DNA of 64,000 nt, taken from NCBI RefSeq assembly GCF_006345805.1, contig NC_043005.1:24862001-24926000 (forward strand), written 5' to 3'. This stretch comes from Octopus sinensis (lineage: Eukaryota). Below the pieces are notes generated by a model that was given only the letters and a program-made list of their open reading frames with translations, was not told the origin of the DNA and did no database searches. The first letter of the stretch is position 1, and every line of letters begins with the position of its first letter. Below are positions 1 through 12,814 of the stretch, one piece after another. Made by a program: the position numbers and the translations under genes.

Positions 1-2580
1 CCTCACTTTCCTTTTCAAGTGAAACTTGAAAAAGTTGATGAGGGCTTGGCCAAAGAGAAAAGTGTCTGTCTTCAGCCCTTTCAAGCGTGTCCACCACACA
101 GCTTCTTTTGCTACAGCCACCAGACAAATGAAAATTGCTTGTTCCTCCCGACCGAAGGAGGTCGGCGGTGCAGTTCTCACTATGGATTCAGTCGATAGCC
201 GGAGCTGTCCTACACGTGACAGCTGGTGTTCGACATAAATTCACAGGTCAGCAATGTTCGAGTACTGGACGAATGCAGGCTCAGCTGACGGCGTTTCCGT
301 GCCTGTAACGTTTATCTCGAACAGGCAGCGTCCTCCGGTAGCACAGACAGGCCAGGAATTTTTGGAGGTTATCCATAGGCCCCGGCCCGAAAATCCTCCG
401 GATCACACTAGTAAACTGATCACCGTCGACGTCCAGAGTTTCCGCACTTTCCCTCCACTAGCCCTCTATAGAACGCTAGAGTGGAACTACCACCGACCGC
501 ATTGCCCGACTGGCAGAGGTCTGTGAGCGCTTGACGGCACTCGAGGTGCAAGCACCCTGCCTCGGTCTGCATTTAATCCAGGATTGCAGTTCAGTCAAAG
601 AGACGAGCTAATGGCAACCACCCCTGTTCGTCAAGGAAACGCAGGAGATGCCGCAGCCTGAGCGCATTCCTGCACGTCAGCAACCACGGCATGCCCAGCT
701 CTGGTTTCGCTAATGGCTGCTACATCTACACCATGTGACCTCAAGTCGTTTAGAAGGTGACCTTGTTTTCAAGCCGACCCGAGGCCACTGGCATTCAAAT
801 AACCCGCTGTGAGCATGGCCATGCTGAAAGAATAATAATGGAGGAGAGTGCCACCTACCGCTGTTTCCTGGTTGAATGGTCTCTTTATTCTTGGATGGGC
901 ATGAGCAGATTTTTGAAAAGTCTTTCGGAAATGTTTTTCTGAAACTGCCGAATAGCTTGCGGGTAATTTGATTTTATTGCGTTGTATGTGTGTTGTGATA
1001 TTTTAAAAATTTGTTTGTGTGCTGGTGTTGTGTTGTCTGTTGGATAAACAAAATCTTTTATTGTGGTGTCTGTGTGATCTCTTAAATGGTTCATGAGTTC
1101 CATGTTATTTGTATTTATGGCTGCTAGGTTGGTAATGTGGGGAATCTGTTAGTGGTAGGATTTGTGTTCTTGTCTGTGTTTGTGGACGAGGCTATGGTGC
1201 TGGTGAATATGTTGTTGTTGGCGGTTGTGTTAGTGTGTTGCTGCTGTTGGGAAGTTCAGCTTCTTTGCACCTCCCCCGTTTTCCTTCTAGTGGTTCTGCC
1301 GTTTTCTTCGCCTTTTGTTGGGGACTGTATGCCATTCCCCCTTCTCGACCTCAGTGTTTCAAAGATCTATGTTGTCCTGGTCGGGAAGGTGAATATCTTG
1401 AGGGCAACATCTACCGGTGCTGCTGTTACTGCTGGTAGTGGTACTTCGGCTGATGTTGAGGTTGTTTTTCTTTTTGTCTGCTGTTGCTGTCTTTGCTGTT
1501 GGTGGTGCTTCAACGGTGGTTGAAGGCAGTTATTGTTATTGTTGTAGTGGTGGTGATGATGTTGATGGTACCTTTGCTGTGTTGGCTGCCACGCTGGAGA
1601 TGGCACCAAAGCTGGTGTGGGTAGAAGGGCTGGCCGTTCTTCCCTTCTCAGTCTGAGGCACGAAGCCTTGACGTGTTTTTTCTTACCACAGAGGTAATAC
1701 CCCAGCCTTCTGCCCTGTACAGCAACGTGGAGTTTTGTGCTGTGGTTGGCTGATCGAATCGGGGATGCGTTCTATGCTCAGTTGTTCTACTTGGATTAAG
1801 AACTCCATCCCCTGACCCGACTAATTTCGTTGGTGCAACTTGTGCACCTCCAGTATTGTGGAGGTGTCCTCAATGTCTAGTCGGACTGCCACCACCAGTC
1901 AGCATATATTTATTTCTGGAGGTACCTCCCCAATTTTTACTTTTGTTAAGCGCCGACCAAGGTATATCGGTACGAGCAAAAAATCCTGAGTTTTTAGTGG
2001 CACTATGGAGTGATGCCTTGCTTCTTGTTCTATTGCAAAACACAGCTCCACAGTGCCGAACATTTTCTTCTTCTTACGTATGTTTTCGCATTCCATATCG
2101 GTTTTAAAATGAGTTCAAGTTGCGGCTATGTTGCTTGTTCTACTCGTTTTTTTTTATATATTCACACATTTGTAAATGAGTGTTTTCTTATTCGCATCCC
2201 TTATTAGTTCATTTGGGGTATTTAGAGAGACATAGTTTCCACTTCTTACCAATAGCCCTTTTGAGCCTTTGATATCTTCCATTGTGAAATTGAGCCTTTC
2301 TTCAATTTGCTTCGCCGCCGAGGCGAAACCGCAAACGCTTGGTTTGTTGCTGTTGTTGTTCGTGGTTGTGGTGGTGGTGGCAGTGTCAGTGTTTGCAGAT
2401 TTGTTCTCATTTGAGTTGTTTGATTTTTCTGTTTCTGTCGTTGCTGTTACTAGGGGTGGTGGCGTTGGAGGAGCTTTCGGTAGAGTTCATTTTTGTGTTG
2501 AGTGTGTTGCTATAGTTAATGGTAGCGGTGGGCAGTCAACAGAGTACCAGCTGCTAGAAGAGCAACTGCCACTCCCATTG
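1..2580 (-). mobile_element. Degenerate L1/Tx1-clade non-LTR retrotransposon, internally deleted; runs off the left edge of the window
   Basis: Manual minus-strand translation gives an ORF1 remnant with a zinc knuckle (YLCGKKKHVKASC, ~1650-1700). ORF2 starts at 822 with an APE-type N-terminus (MAMLTAGYLNASGL...DVAAISETR), followed by post-RT/C-terminal motifs (GLGMPWL, LPVRDKRYRHG, LVAVAKEAVWWTR, LINFFKFHLKRKVR). Stops and frameshifts throughout. Confidence 0.8.
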
Positions 2581-3243
2581 ACTTGAAAAACCATATTGTT
2601 TTTGTGAAATATAAATTCATTCAAGGATTAAGGAGTGTCCAAAATTCGTCCTTGAAAGGACGAATTTTTACACCAGACCTCTGGTGCACAAACTATGTTT
2701 TACAAATACAAAACATTACAATAAAACAGGTTACAAAGCTTCAGAAAGCAACATTAATCAACAGCATCTTAAGAGCTCAAAACAGCACGTCCAGGAATTT
2801 TGAAAAAATTTGAAACGCAAAAAAAGGGTTGTATAGTTCCACACCCCCAATGGGGCTTTGGTCCACAAAAGTCAGCTCCCCAAAAGAGCAGCTGGTTTGC
2901 AAAACAATTCAAATAACAAAAATGAGGTATAAAAACTTTTAAGCGAGTGAAATTCTCACAAACATACGGAGCTACAAAATACACATCAACCTATGGCGAC
3001 CTCCGTGGGTTACATGTTAAAAACGACAAAATTACTAGAAAAGAAACGCAACCCGGATGTAACGAGCACAGGCATTGTTCTACCTGAACCAGTTTTCAAA
3101 CTTATTCACAAACGACCATTTCGTGCGCCATAAATTTGACATACTTTTTATATAACAAAAGACAACAATATCACTTTTGATTTTTACTCAAATACAGTAA
3201 GTTTACAAAGAGACAGGAAGGTAAAATGAATGCGGAGTTAATA

Positions 3244-3291
<48 letters not shown>

Positions 3292-3338
3292 AAAATTACA
3301 TTAGAATATCTTGAAATACTAAATTTATTGAATAGAAT

Positions 3339-4424
3339 CGCGACCTCTAGACGACTTCTGAATCTCCTGCAACTCTTCTACACAGCCTCTTTGTTTAAGT
3401 TGCTGAACGTTGCCATAATCCTTGCTTTCTGTTTATCTTTGGTGTTACAAGGAGTTATAATAATCAAGGGGTTTGCAGTCTGGGATGTTAGGTGGCCAGA
3501 TGTTAGAGGTGGTTTGGTCGCAGAAATTGTTTGACAGCCATGACTGGGTTCTCCTACTTGTGTGACATGGTGCAGAGTCCTGTTGCCAGACATAGGGTGT
3601 TCCAGTAGCCACCCTCTTGACCCAGGTCAGCACTACCTCTTTCAGGCACTTGATGTAGGCCCCCGTGTTGAGTCTGAGGCTGTGTGGGAAGACGAATGGA
3701 GGCTTAACGTCGCCATCACTAGTGATTACTCCAAACACCATGATGTTGACTAGATGTTTGATTTTTATCACTCTCAGTACATGTTTTGGGGACACGCCAA
3801 GCCAACGGTTGTTCACCATCTGATCCTGGTAGAAATTTTTCTCGTCTGAGAAAAACTAAAGCATGTTCGATTGGAAGGTGTGCTTGAGTTTCTTCAAAAG
3901 CATCGTAGCGCGGTCTTTCCTCTTGTCCTTGATGGTTTGGGATAAAAATTGGCCCTTTCTCATCTTTTATGAGGAATATCGAATGTCTTCATGCGCTAAC
4001 TCCCATATCCCTAGCGATGGACCTGATTGACTTTGAAGTATCGTTGTCAATCATGGCCTGGATCTCACCAACCAATTCCGGAGTATTTTTCTTATCAGAA
4101 CGATAAGAGTGAGTTTTCAGAGCTGCCCTACCTTCTTAATTAACATTTTTCTCATCCAACTCCTTCCGAATCCTCTGCACTGTCCTCAGATTGCCACCTA
4201 CACACTGAAATGTTCGTATTGGAGCTTCCGGTGCGACTTCCAAGCAGTACAGCATGTCATTTCCCAATTTCTGTCAGAGTGAATTGCGTCATGGTGCTGG
4301 TTTTCTCACAGACAGTGCCCAACTGATCCTACTATACTGTGTTGTCGACAAAATATAAAAAACAAAACAAACATGTACGAAATTAAAAATATAAAGTGTC
4401 GACAATTTACCATCGCATCCTGCA
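3339..4424 (-). mobile_element. Tc1/mariner transposon remnant of the DD37D (maT/mori) type, 3'-truncated
   Basis: FFSDEKNF (first D) lies just upstream of ORF 3445-3819, which contains QQDSAPCHTS...WPPNIPDCKPLDY with 37 residues between the second and third D. One TIR-like end at ~4400-4424 abuts a (TA)n tract. Confidence 0.85.
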
Positions 4425-4426
4425 TA

Positions 4427-4460
<34 letters not shown>

Positions 4461-4499
4461 ACCGTAGTATATCGTCGTTGGCTTTATCTCGTATTCGAG

Positions 4500-4742
4500 A
4501 CTTTAGTTTCTTCTTTGTAGACTAATTCTTGCATAGAAGAGTCAATGGCATGGTAGCGTTGATGGAAGACGAGGTTGATTTTATCAGCCTTTCTCTTCTG
4601 GTGGCTTCGAAGTTTGTCTTTGCGATGGCGATGGAACACCGCCACTTGTTACAGTCTCGGGCTTGTGTTTCAAACGATTTAGGCTCAATTCCAGTGGCTT
4701 TCAGTGTTGTTTTGAGTTCGGCTTTGTATGTAGCCATATAAT
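4500..4742 (-). mobile_element. RTE-clade LINE ORF2 C-terminal fragment
   Basis: ORF 4522-4737 reads YKAELKTTLKATGIEPKSFETQARDCNKWR...FEATRR, matching the RTE C-terminal pattern YKDxLKxxLK..GI....WE..A.DR..WR. Confidence 0.65.
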
Positions 4743-4989
4743 AGTTCTATAAGTATAATATGTATATTATTCTATGTGGTGGATATTAACTAGAGTCTGT
4801 TTTTTTTTCTGTCTTTGTATTAATCCCGTCTAAGTGCAATGTCCATTTCTCTTTTTTTGTGTGTTGATGCGATTAAGGTATTCTTACAAAAATAAAAATA
4901 AAATTGTTACTGGTCGTGTGGAAATATCCATTGACAAAACATTTAACTTACTTTGATGTAGTTTTACTTAAATACTTTGGAAATTATAT

Positions 4990-5260
4990 AGTCTTCTGCT
5001 ATTTGTAAGGAACAATGTGTATTTGGCGAATGTTTACTAAAACCTATATAACTTGGTGAATTCTCGTGAGATTATTGGAAGTACTCGATTGGTGAAGGAG
5101 CAATGTGTAGTTGATGAATGTTTAGTCGGTGCTTTCGTCAACTCTAACTGAAATCTATATAACTTGGTGAAACGCTTCTTGTGCGATTAATTGAAGTGAG
5201 TCATTCATTGGTGAATGTAGCTGATGATGAAGTAAGCGCGAAACATGTAACTCTTATGGT
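4990..5260 (+). repeat. Degenerate ~110-bp tandem duplication ending in a hammerhead-like motif; possible Penelope-like terminal remnant
   Basis: CTATATAACTTGGTGAA...ATTGGTGAA occurs twice (~5044 and ~5155). CTGATGA...GAAACATGTA at 5221-5249. Confidence 0.35.
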
Positions 5261-5691
5261 TTATCACACTTGTCAAATAGAATTGTTTAGTTCCTCAGTT
5301 ATTTCAGAACATCTGTTATTGTAATCGCACCGTATATATTTCAGGTAAGACAAAGGTATCAGAGAAAACTAGTCATTTTAATACCTGCGCTTAGTCTTTG
5401 GCTAGCAGGCTTAAACCATCGCTCAGTTGAACACATCTAAACGATCCTTTTGTGGTGATTTTAATCTGTTGTTCAACATAACATCACCTCCTGGTCCTTG
5501 GATTTTGCTTTTAGCGGTCAACTTAGTTTTAAGCATTCGGTTCAGAACTCCGACCTCGGAATACGTTCTCCCATTTCTCCCGCCACTCACTTGAGTTCCG
5601 CACTCCAACAGTTATCTCCCTTGTTTGGCTAAACCTAAATATCTTAAAAACAATCTACACTACAAATAAATATGCAGAAAAAAGATAAAAA

Positions 5692-5933
5692 GGGCTGTGG
5701 CGGTATGGGTGGTGTGGTTAAGGAGCTCACTTTTCAACCACGTGGTTTTGGGTTCAATCCCACTGCACAGTACCTTGGGCAAGTGTCTTTTAATATAGTC
5801 CCCAGCCGACCACTGCAATCTGAGTGAATTTGGTAGACGGAGACTGTTTGGAATCCCGTCATATATGTATGTATGTACGTATGTATGCATGCATATATAT
5901 ATATATATATAATATATATATATATAATATATA

Positions 5934-6006
<73 letters not shown>

Positions 6007-6225
6007 GTGTGTGTGTCTGTCTGTGTTTGTCTCCCCCCACCCCAATCGCTTGACAACCAGTATTGGTTTGTTTATGTTCTCGTAACTAGCTGTTCGGCAA
6101 GAGGGGTTGATAGAATAAATACCAGATATAAAAACGCAAGTACTAGGGTCCACCTGTTCTGTTAAAACCCTTCAAGGGCAGTGCCCCAGCATGGCCGCTG
6201 TGCAATAACTGAAACGAATAAAAGA
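5692..6225 (+). mobile_element. SINE family A: tRNA-like head, CORE-like segment, internal (TA)n/(TG)n tract; resembles the octopus OR2 CORE-SINE
   Basis: A box TGGTGTGGTTAAG, B box GGTTCAATCCC, CORE-like ACCTTGGGCAAGTG, central microsatellite, and the conserved 3' half ending GAAAC..ATAAAAGA. About 18 copies in the window. Confidence 0.8.
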
Positions 6226-6229
6226 CAGA

Positions 6230-7015
6230 TTAGCTGAATCATTAAAGTGTCGGACAAAATACCTTGTGGTATTTCATTTTGGTTATTTACGTTCAAAGTT
6301 GACGTCCTATATTGGTTGACTTTGCCTTTCATCCTTCGGTGGTCGATCATATAAAGTACCAGTCATTTACAAGGGTCGATATCGTCAGATGTTCTCTCTT
6401 TCAAATTTCTGGTTTCGTGCCTATGTTGATATTTCTCAACCTGGTGAATTGGCAGAATTATTAGAGCGTCGGACAAAATGCGCTGCAATATTTGTTTCTA
6501 TTCTTTACCTTTCTGAGTTCAAATCTCACCGAGGTGAACTTCGTTTTTCTTCCTTTCGGGGTCGATAAAACAAAGTACCAGTCAAGTATCGAAACCCATG
6601 TAATCGACTTACCACTTTTCCCAATATTTTAGGCTTTGTGCCTAGGGTAGCGGGGTGGCAGGGAAGGTGGTGGACAACCAGAATCCTTGGAGTCTGAAAA
6701 AGTTTTTTGCGCGTTTTTGTCTTTGCTTTCTCAGCTCTTTATGTTTATCCATGCATCCATCCATCATCTTAGTCCACTATTCCTGCGAGGGTCATGGGGT
6801 TAGAGTCCTCAGGCACCTCTCCCATAGGTTCCTGTCAGACACAACTATCATTACACTGTCCTCTTTACATTCTGGGTTCAAATACCGCTGAGGTTAATCT
6901 TGCCTTTTTTATCTTTTCGGAGTTGATAAAATGACCTGGCGGTTAAGTACGAGGTCAATGTAATTGACTAACCCCGCTGAAAAAAACCCGCTGGATTTGT
7001 GCCTAAATTAGAAAA
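6230..7015 (+). mobile_element. Cluster of three degenerate SINE family B copies
   Basis: The core GTTCAAA...GTCGACTTTGCCTTTCATCCTTTCGGGGTCGAT..AAGTACCAG recurs in diverged form at ~6285, ~6515 and ~6875. Confidence 0.65.
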
Positions 7016-7279
7016 CAAAAATATTATTTTTGTGAATTGGTCAAGCGTGTTAAATTCCTTTCCCTCCTCCTATTAACTTAAAAGTTGTTTTGATGAACAA
7101 CTTTAAAACAAGATCACACAAGAACCTCTTGTAAAGTAATAAAAAGACATTTAAATAACTGAAATTCTTGGCATATTTCTCTCCCGCCTCCTTCATCACC
7201 GTTCCCCGAAGGTGACAATTAGACAAGATCTCAACTGAAGGCTGCTTCTGTTGTCTATGATTAGCTTTGCATTTGTTGG

Positions 7280-8235
7280 TAATAGTTGTAGTGGTGGTGG
7301 CAATGGTGGTGGTGGTGGTGGTGGTAGTAGTAGTGGTAGTATCAACCAACGATGGTGGTTGTGGTTGTGGCAGTGGTAGAGATAGTGGTGATGATGATGA
7401 TGTAGGTGCTGGCGTAGTAGTGGTAGTATCAACCAACGATGGTGGTTGTGGCAGTGGTGGAGATAGTGGTGATGATGATGTAGGTGCTGGCGTTAGTGTA
7501 GTGGTAGTGACCAAAATGCAGTAGTAATAGTGGCAGTTGTGGTGGTGGTAATGGTGGTGGTGGCAGTCGTAACGGTCATCGTTGTAGTTTGACGGTGGTG
7601 GCGATGGTGGTAGCAAAAGTGGTGACAGCAGCGACAAGAATAGTAGTAATAGTAGTGGTGGTGATGGTGATCGTGGTGTCGGTTGTGGTGGTAGGAGTGG
7701 TAGTGGTGATTGTAGTGATGGTTGTAGTGGATATAGTAGTATCGGTAATTGTCGGTGGTAGTAGTGGGAGTAGTGCTGGCTGTAGTGGAAGTATTGCTGG
7801 TTGTGGCGGTAATAGTGCTGGTTGTGGTGGTAGTGGTGCTGGTTGTGGCGGGAATAGTGCTGGTTGTGGTGGTAGTGGTGCTGGTTGTGGCGGGAATAGT
7901 GCTGGTTGTGGCGGTAGTGGTGCTGGTTGTGGCGGTAGTGGTGCTGGTAGTAGGGGTAGTGGTGCTGGTTGTGGCGGTAGTGGTTCTGGTAGTAGTGGTA
8001 GTGGTGCTGGTTGTGGCGGTAGTGGTGCTGGTAGTAGTGGTAGTGGTGCTGTTTGTGGTGGTAGTGGTGCTGGTTGTGGCGGTAGTAGTGCTGGTTGTGG
8101 CGGTAGTAGTACTGTAGTAGTGGTAGTAGTGCTGGTTGTGGCGGTAGTAGTACTGTAGTAGTGGTAGTAGTGGTAGTAGTGCTGGTTGTGGTGGCGGTAG
8201 TAGGTGTTGAGTGAGATGTAGTGTAACAGTAGTGA
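7280..8235. repeat. (GGT/GTA)-rich low-complexity region with an ~80-bp duplication (7325-7500) and a 21-bp minisatellite (~7771-8200)
   Basis: The unit GGTAGTGGTGCTGGTTGTGGC is repeated roughly 18-20 times. TATCAACCAACGATGGTGGTTGTGG occurs twice. Confidence 0.9.
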
Positions 8236-8304
8236 TGGTGATATAAACAAAACTAATAATATTTTACTTTTGGTGTTGTAGCGACAAAATTGTTTCACTA
8301 TGAC

Positions 8305-8477
<173 letters not shown>

Positions 8478-8917
8478 GCACTTTATTTTTAAGCCGTGTG
8501 TATAATAAACTGTCTTCCTGAATATTTATGTATGTCTTTTATTATGACCGACTCTCTCATAAAATCGTGTATACATCAAACTGTAAAGTGTCGTCTGTTA
8601 GTGTTTTATGGGGACGTATATATATATACATACATATACAGTCGTATATACATGAAACTGCGTTTGCTTGTTAATGTTTTATATGTGTTTTATTATAGCT
8701 CACAACTATACATACCTATGTATGCATAAATCTGCGTTTGATTGTAAAACACAGACGGAGTTATGCTTAAATATGTTTGTAAGAAAGTTTGGAAAACTCA
8801 CTGGAACTGTATCTTCGCTTCTGATTACCTCCTGAAGTGTGTGTGTGTGTGTATGTGTGATAAATCAAGATAGAACATGGAAATGATTAACGGAAAAGAA
8901 CAAATAAATAAACCTTA

Positions 8918-9296
8918 GGGATCTTTTCGGTTTGAACGGCAGTTTTTTCTTGCGGTGTCACCCATAATTATGACCCTAGTATCGATCTATTGCATTTCAA
9001 TCTGTTTTAGGGTTAGGGTTAGGGGTGTTGGGAAGGGTATCTTTTTTTCTTCACAAATGTAAATAAACCCAATCTGTTTCTTAAACGAGGGATATATTCA
9101 TACGGCACAGAATGTTTTTTTTTTACCTCAATAGACGTCAGTGATTGGTTGAAATTGCAGAAATTGAAGAAAAAAAACAACAAATATCTTACAAACTATA
9201 GAATTTTCTCAATAAAGCCAAGAGAAAAAAATGTTCTATAAACACATTCTAACAGTATACGAAGTTTAAAATTCTTTAGTTACCTAGAAAAGATCC
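8918..9296 (+). mobile_element. Non-autonomous DNA transposon (MITE) with a ~27-bp GGG-initiated TIR and internal TTAGGG repeats; tentatively PIF/Harbinger-like
   Basis: The left end GGGATCTTTTCGGTTTGAACGGCAGTT is preceded by TTA. Its reverse complement ends the second copy (AACTGCCGTTCAAAAGGAAAAGATCCC, 12788-12814). The right end of this copy is partly deleted. Confidence 0.6.
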
Positions 9297-9637
9297 AACC
9301 TTAGAAGTCCACTCAACAGCCATAGAAACCAGAGTATCAATGCAAATTCGGCACGTTTATAGTCCAAAGGCCTTACATCTCGCAGTACTGCTCGTTAGGA
9401 TGCACCAGTAATATGGGAATAACAATGTAGTCATTGACAAACAAGGACTAAAAATGAGGGCCCGTAACATTACAGTTAGGATGGAAGATTACGGAAAGAA
9501 ACAGTGTAATAACATAAGACATACACACATATACTAGCGGTAGTCTTTACACCAGTCCAGAAAGAATTAAGATTTATTGAAAAATAGCGCAAAAGAAGGG
9601 AAGAGACTAAAGTTTCATATAGTGAGAAACAAGGGCA

Positions 9638-9684
<47 letters not shown>

Positions 9685-10625
9685 ATAAAATAAGTGAATA
9701 AAAAAAATGGAGAAAAAAATTAAGAAGATGCTTGGTTTGTTTTATTTATATTACAGTTGGGAAAGTAATGCAAATTAAAATAAATTAAAAGATGTGTAGC
9801 AAGCAAGTCGTAAACGGCGGTAATATGACGTAATGGTCATGTTGCCCGAACAAGTATAATTGTTAGTTTCCCATTGGTTAAAATTACTGCCCATATTTGA
9901 ATTCTAAACTTTCGTCAAGGAGAAATCTTTCACGAAATACGGTTCTTAGAATTCAGGTAGGAGCAGTTATAAAACCCTGATTTTGGGGATATTGATCAGT
10001 GATCGTTGGTTGTCAATAGACTCCACGACACTCATACTAGCGTCCGTTGGTTGTTACTCATCTCCACGACACTCACTCCTTTGAGATATTGGCTATTTTT
10101 ATGCCATGTCTATTACTTAAATCCAACAAGACTTATTTGAATTGTTGTGTAAACTCTAGTAGTTTAGTATGAAAGAATTAGCTAGTATAAATGTTATGTC
10201 GTAACTCTCTACGACAAATTGCCTTCTATATGTACTGTAAATCCGGGTTGAGTTTCTTTTGCAGTAATTTTGTCGTTTTTAGTATGTAACCCACGAAGGT
10301 CGCCATAGGTTGATGTGTGTTTTGTAGCTCCGTAAGTTTGTGAGAATTTCACTCGCTTAAAATATTTTCTCTTCCTTCGTTTTTTTTTTCAACCTGTTAG
10401 TGAAATTTACTTCTGCAACTATGAAAAAGAACACCAACTTATCTTCAACGTACATGCACGTTCAACATGTCCATTTAAGCGTCTTGATATATATATATTT
10501 CACTACGGCGTTTATGTAGCTTGAGTTGAGATTTATGTATAGTGATAATACTTATAATTAAGTTATAAGTGACGGGTTTATCAGTATAGATTCCTACTCA
10601 AGAAATAAAATATATTTATTATCTA

Positions 10626-11020
10626 TTAGCAGTATTGCCCGGCGTTGCTCGGGTTTGTAAGGGAAATAACTATATAAGCATTTTTAGGGATGTAAAGTAT
10701 AATAGCCATCTCAATATGGCTAACCACAAAGGAGGGGGTGTTACTGTAGCTTTTTACGTTCTGAGATTTAATAATACATTTTTAGAGAGTTACTTCCCTT
10801 ATATAATAGCAAAAAAATGCATTAAAAATGGGAAAAAAAGATGGTAATTTTTTTTAAATCGTAGACTCATCGTAGACGCGCGCTAATACCCAGAAGGGCT
10901 CGATATGAATCACGACTATAAGATACCCGCTTTTGGTTAAACTGCACCGCAAAATGTGGGAGTAGTTAGGAATCTAAATCGTAGGAGACAGACACACAAC
11001 TTCACTTTTATATATAAAGA
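10626..11020 (-). mobile_element. Non-autonomous Helitron
   Basis: On the minus strand it begins A|TC(TTTATATAT), has the subterminal hairpin CCCGAGCAACGCCGGG (plus-strand 10638-10653), and ends CTAA|T (CTRR). Inserted in an AT dinucleotide with no TSD. Confidence 0.85.
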
Positions 11021-12094
11021 TATAGTGTGTGTTTGTGTGTGTAATTATATAGAGACAGGTATATTCAAGAGTCAAACTTGATTGAAAACGCAAGATCCAC
11101 CTGGTATTCCTGTCCTCCACGTATCAACAATGGCACAACGTGACTGCATAGATAAAATATTCAATTTCTGGCCCGGAGACATGCTGTCTTCTGCTTTTGC
11201 TAATGCTTCTACTGTGATCTCTGCTCGTCACGAGCTGGCTGCTCTCTTGCCGCTCCCCACCAGATTCTTCCCACACGTTTGTCTCCTCTCTCTTTGTCAA
11301 CCATATTATACCCACTCCTTATAGGCTTCGCAGTAACAAATTTAGTCCACTCCTTAACCTACAACTAAATTTACTAAAATGAAATACATTTCTTCCTCCT
11401 TTGTTAATTTTTCTTGTTTTTTTTTTGCGGTTACATTAATTTGTATCTTATTCAAAGAAAATATTAACTGCGTCTCAATCACTCTGGCTTTTTCCGAACT
11501 AACTAATATAAAGGATAACTCTTCTTCCCTCCAGCATTTTATAAGACCGACCTCGTTGTGAACTCTCTCGGTTTGTCTGATTAAAGCAGTCTAATGTACA
11601 GAGTGAGGCCATTGTTTTGGTGCTAAAACGATTAGGCAGGTAATAATGATGTTGTCGTGTAGTTAATGGTTTACAATTTTCTTATTCAGTTCGCATGGAT
11701 TGAGTACACCAAGCGTTTACTTTCTAAAAGTTTATAAAGAATGCTAAGTGGGAGAAATTTTTTGCCGCACTCTGCACTTTGGTTAAGCCAGATGTCGGAA
11801 AAGAGGAATAAAACCTTTGGAAATGTTATCTGTTGTAGTCTGAAACGACATCCAGGTGGAGGTTTCTCTCTTATCCACTGAAATCTTTTGAAATCCAGGA
11901 TCAATTCCCATCCTTATGGACCAGCTCATGCACAACTTTTCCTGTAGTTTTTCATGCTCGCAAAAATCTAAGCGCTGTTGAAATCAGTGTTTTTGTGGTG
12001 GTTTGCAAAATCTTTAGCTGCCATCTTGACTTACCATTACGTTTAATTATAATGGTTTCTGATTTAGGCACAAAGCCAACAATTTTGACAGGGA

Positions 12095-12350
12095 GGGAGC
12101 ATAGTGGTTAGGGTGTTATTCTCATGATCCTGGTTTCGATTCTTGGATCAAACGATGCTTTGTGTTGACGCGTAAAAAACTTCATTGCCTATTGCTTAGC
12201 TCACTCATCTGTAAATGAAGTAACTATGTGAAAGACTGGCGTCTCGTTCCGGGGTAATGTTGTGATGTTGGTCACTTAAACGCCATGAAAAGCGGGTAAC
12301 CGGTTCTATGAGTCATAGGACTCGGGGCAGTAACGATGATGATGATGATG
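12095..12350 (+). mobile_element. Old tRNA-derived SINE with CORE-like centre and (GAT)n tail
   Basis: Head CATAGTGGTTAGG...GGTTTCGATTC, centre CTCATCTGTAAATG, and a tail similar to the 3' part of the 30479 element. Confidence 0.55.
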
Positions 12351-12432
12351 GTTAACTGATACCATCAACCTCAGAACTTAATTCGTACATTCCTTTGTCG
12401 ACCCTGGTGAGCTAAAAGGCAAAGTTTAATTA

Positions 12433-12814
12433 AATTGTTACGCGTGTGTCTAAAATTATTCGTCTTGTTTTGAGTTTTTGCTTTCGTTTTAGCCTTTCGT
12501 TTTTTTTTCTTAATTATCCTTATATTAATTTAACAATTAAGAAAAAACAAAAACAAACGAAAGGCTAAAATTTAGGGTTAGGGTTAGTGACAGGATGTTG
12601 TCTCAGTTTTAGACGCAGCAAATGATTTTAGCTCAATAGGATTGGTTGAAATTCGAAAAATTAAACTACGTTAAATTTACAAATTACAATTTTCTCAAGA
12701 AAGCCAAGAGTAAAAAATGTTTTATTTTGACACATTCTACCAGTATACGAAGTTTAAAGTGTTTAGTTAACTAGAAATTGTGTTGAAAACTGCCGTTCAA
12801 AAGGAAAAGATCCC
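12433..12814 (+). mobile_element. Second, diverged member of the TTAGGG-containing MITE family
   Basis: Shares GATTGGTTGAAATT and AAAGCCAAGAG..AAAAATGTT..ACACATTCTA.CAGTATACGAAGTTTAAA with 8918-9296. Right TIR is intact. Confidence 0.65.

Noticed and set aside
1137-1656. Hydrophobic plus-strand ORFs suggesting membrane proteins
   Set aside because: They are the antisense read of the low-complexity Thr/Gln-rich LINE ORF1 region.
9007-9024. (TTAGGG)3, also 12572-12587, as telomeric remnants
   Set aside because: Both lie at the equivalent position inside a dispersed MITE family.
9824-9880. TGACGTAA plus ATTGG as a promoter
   Set aside because: Short imperfect motifs expected by chance, with no adjacent exon evidence.
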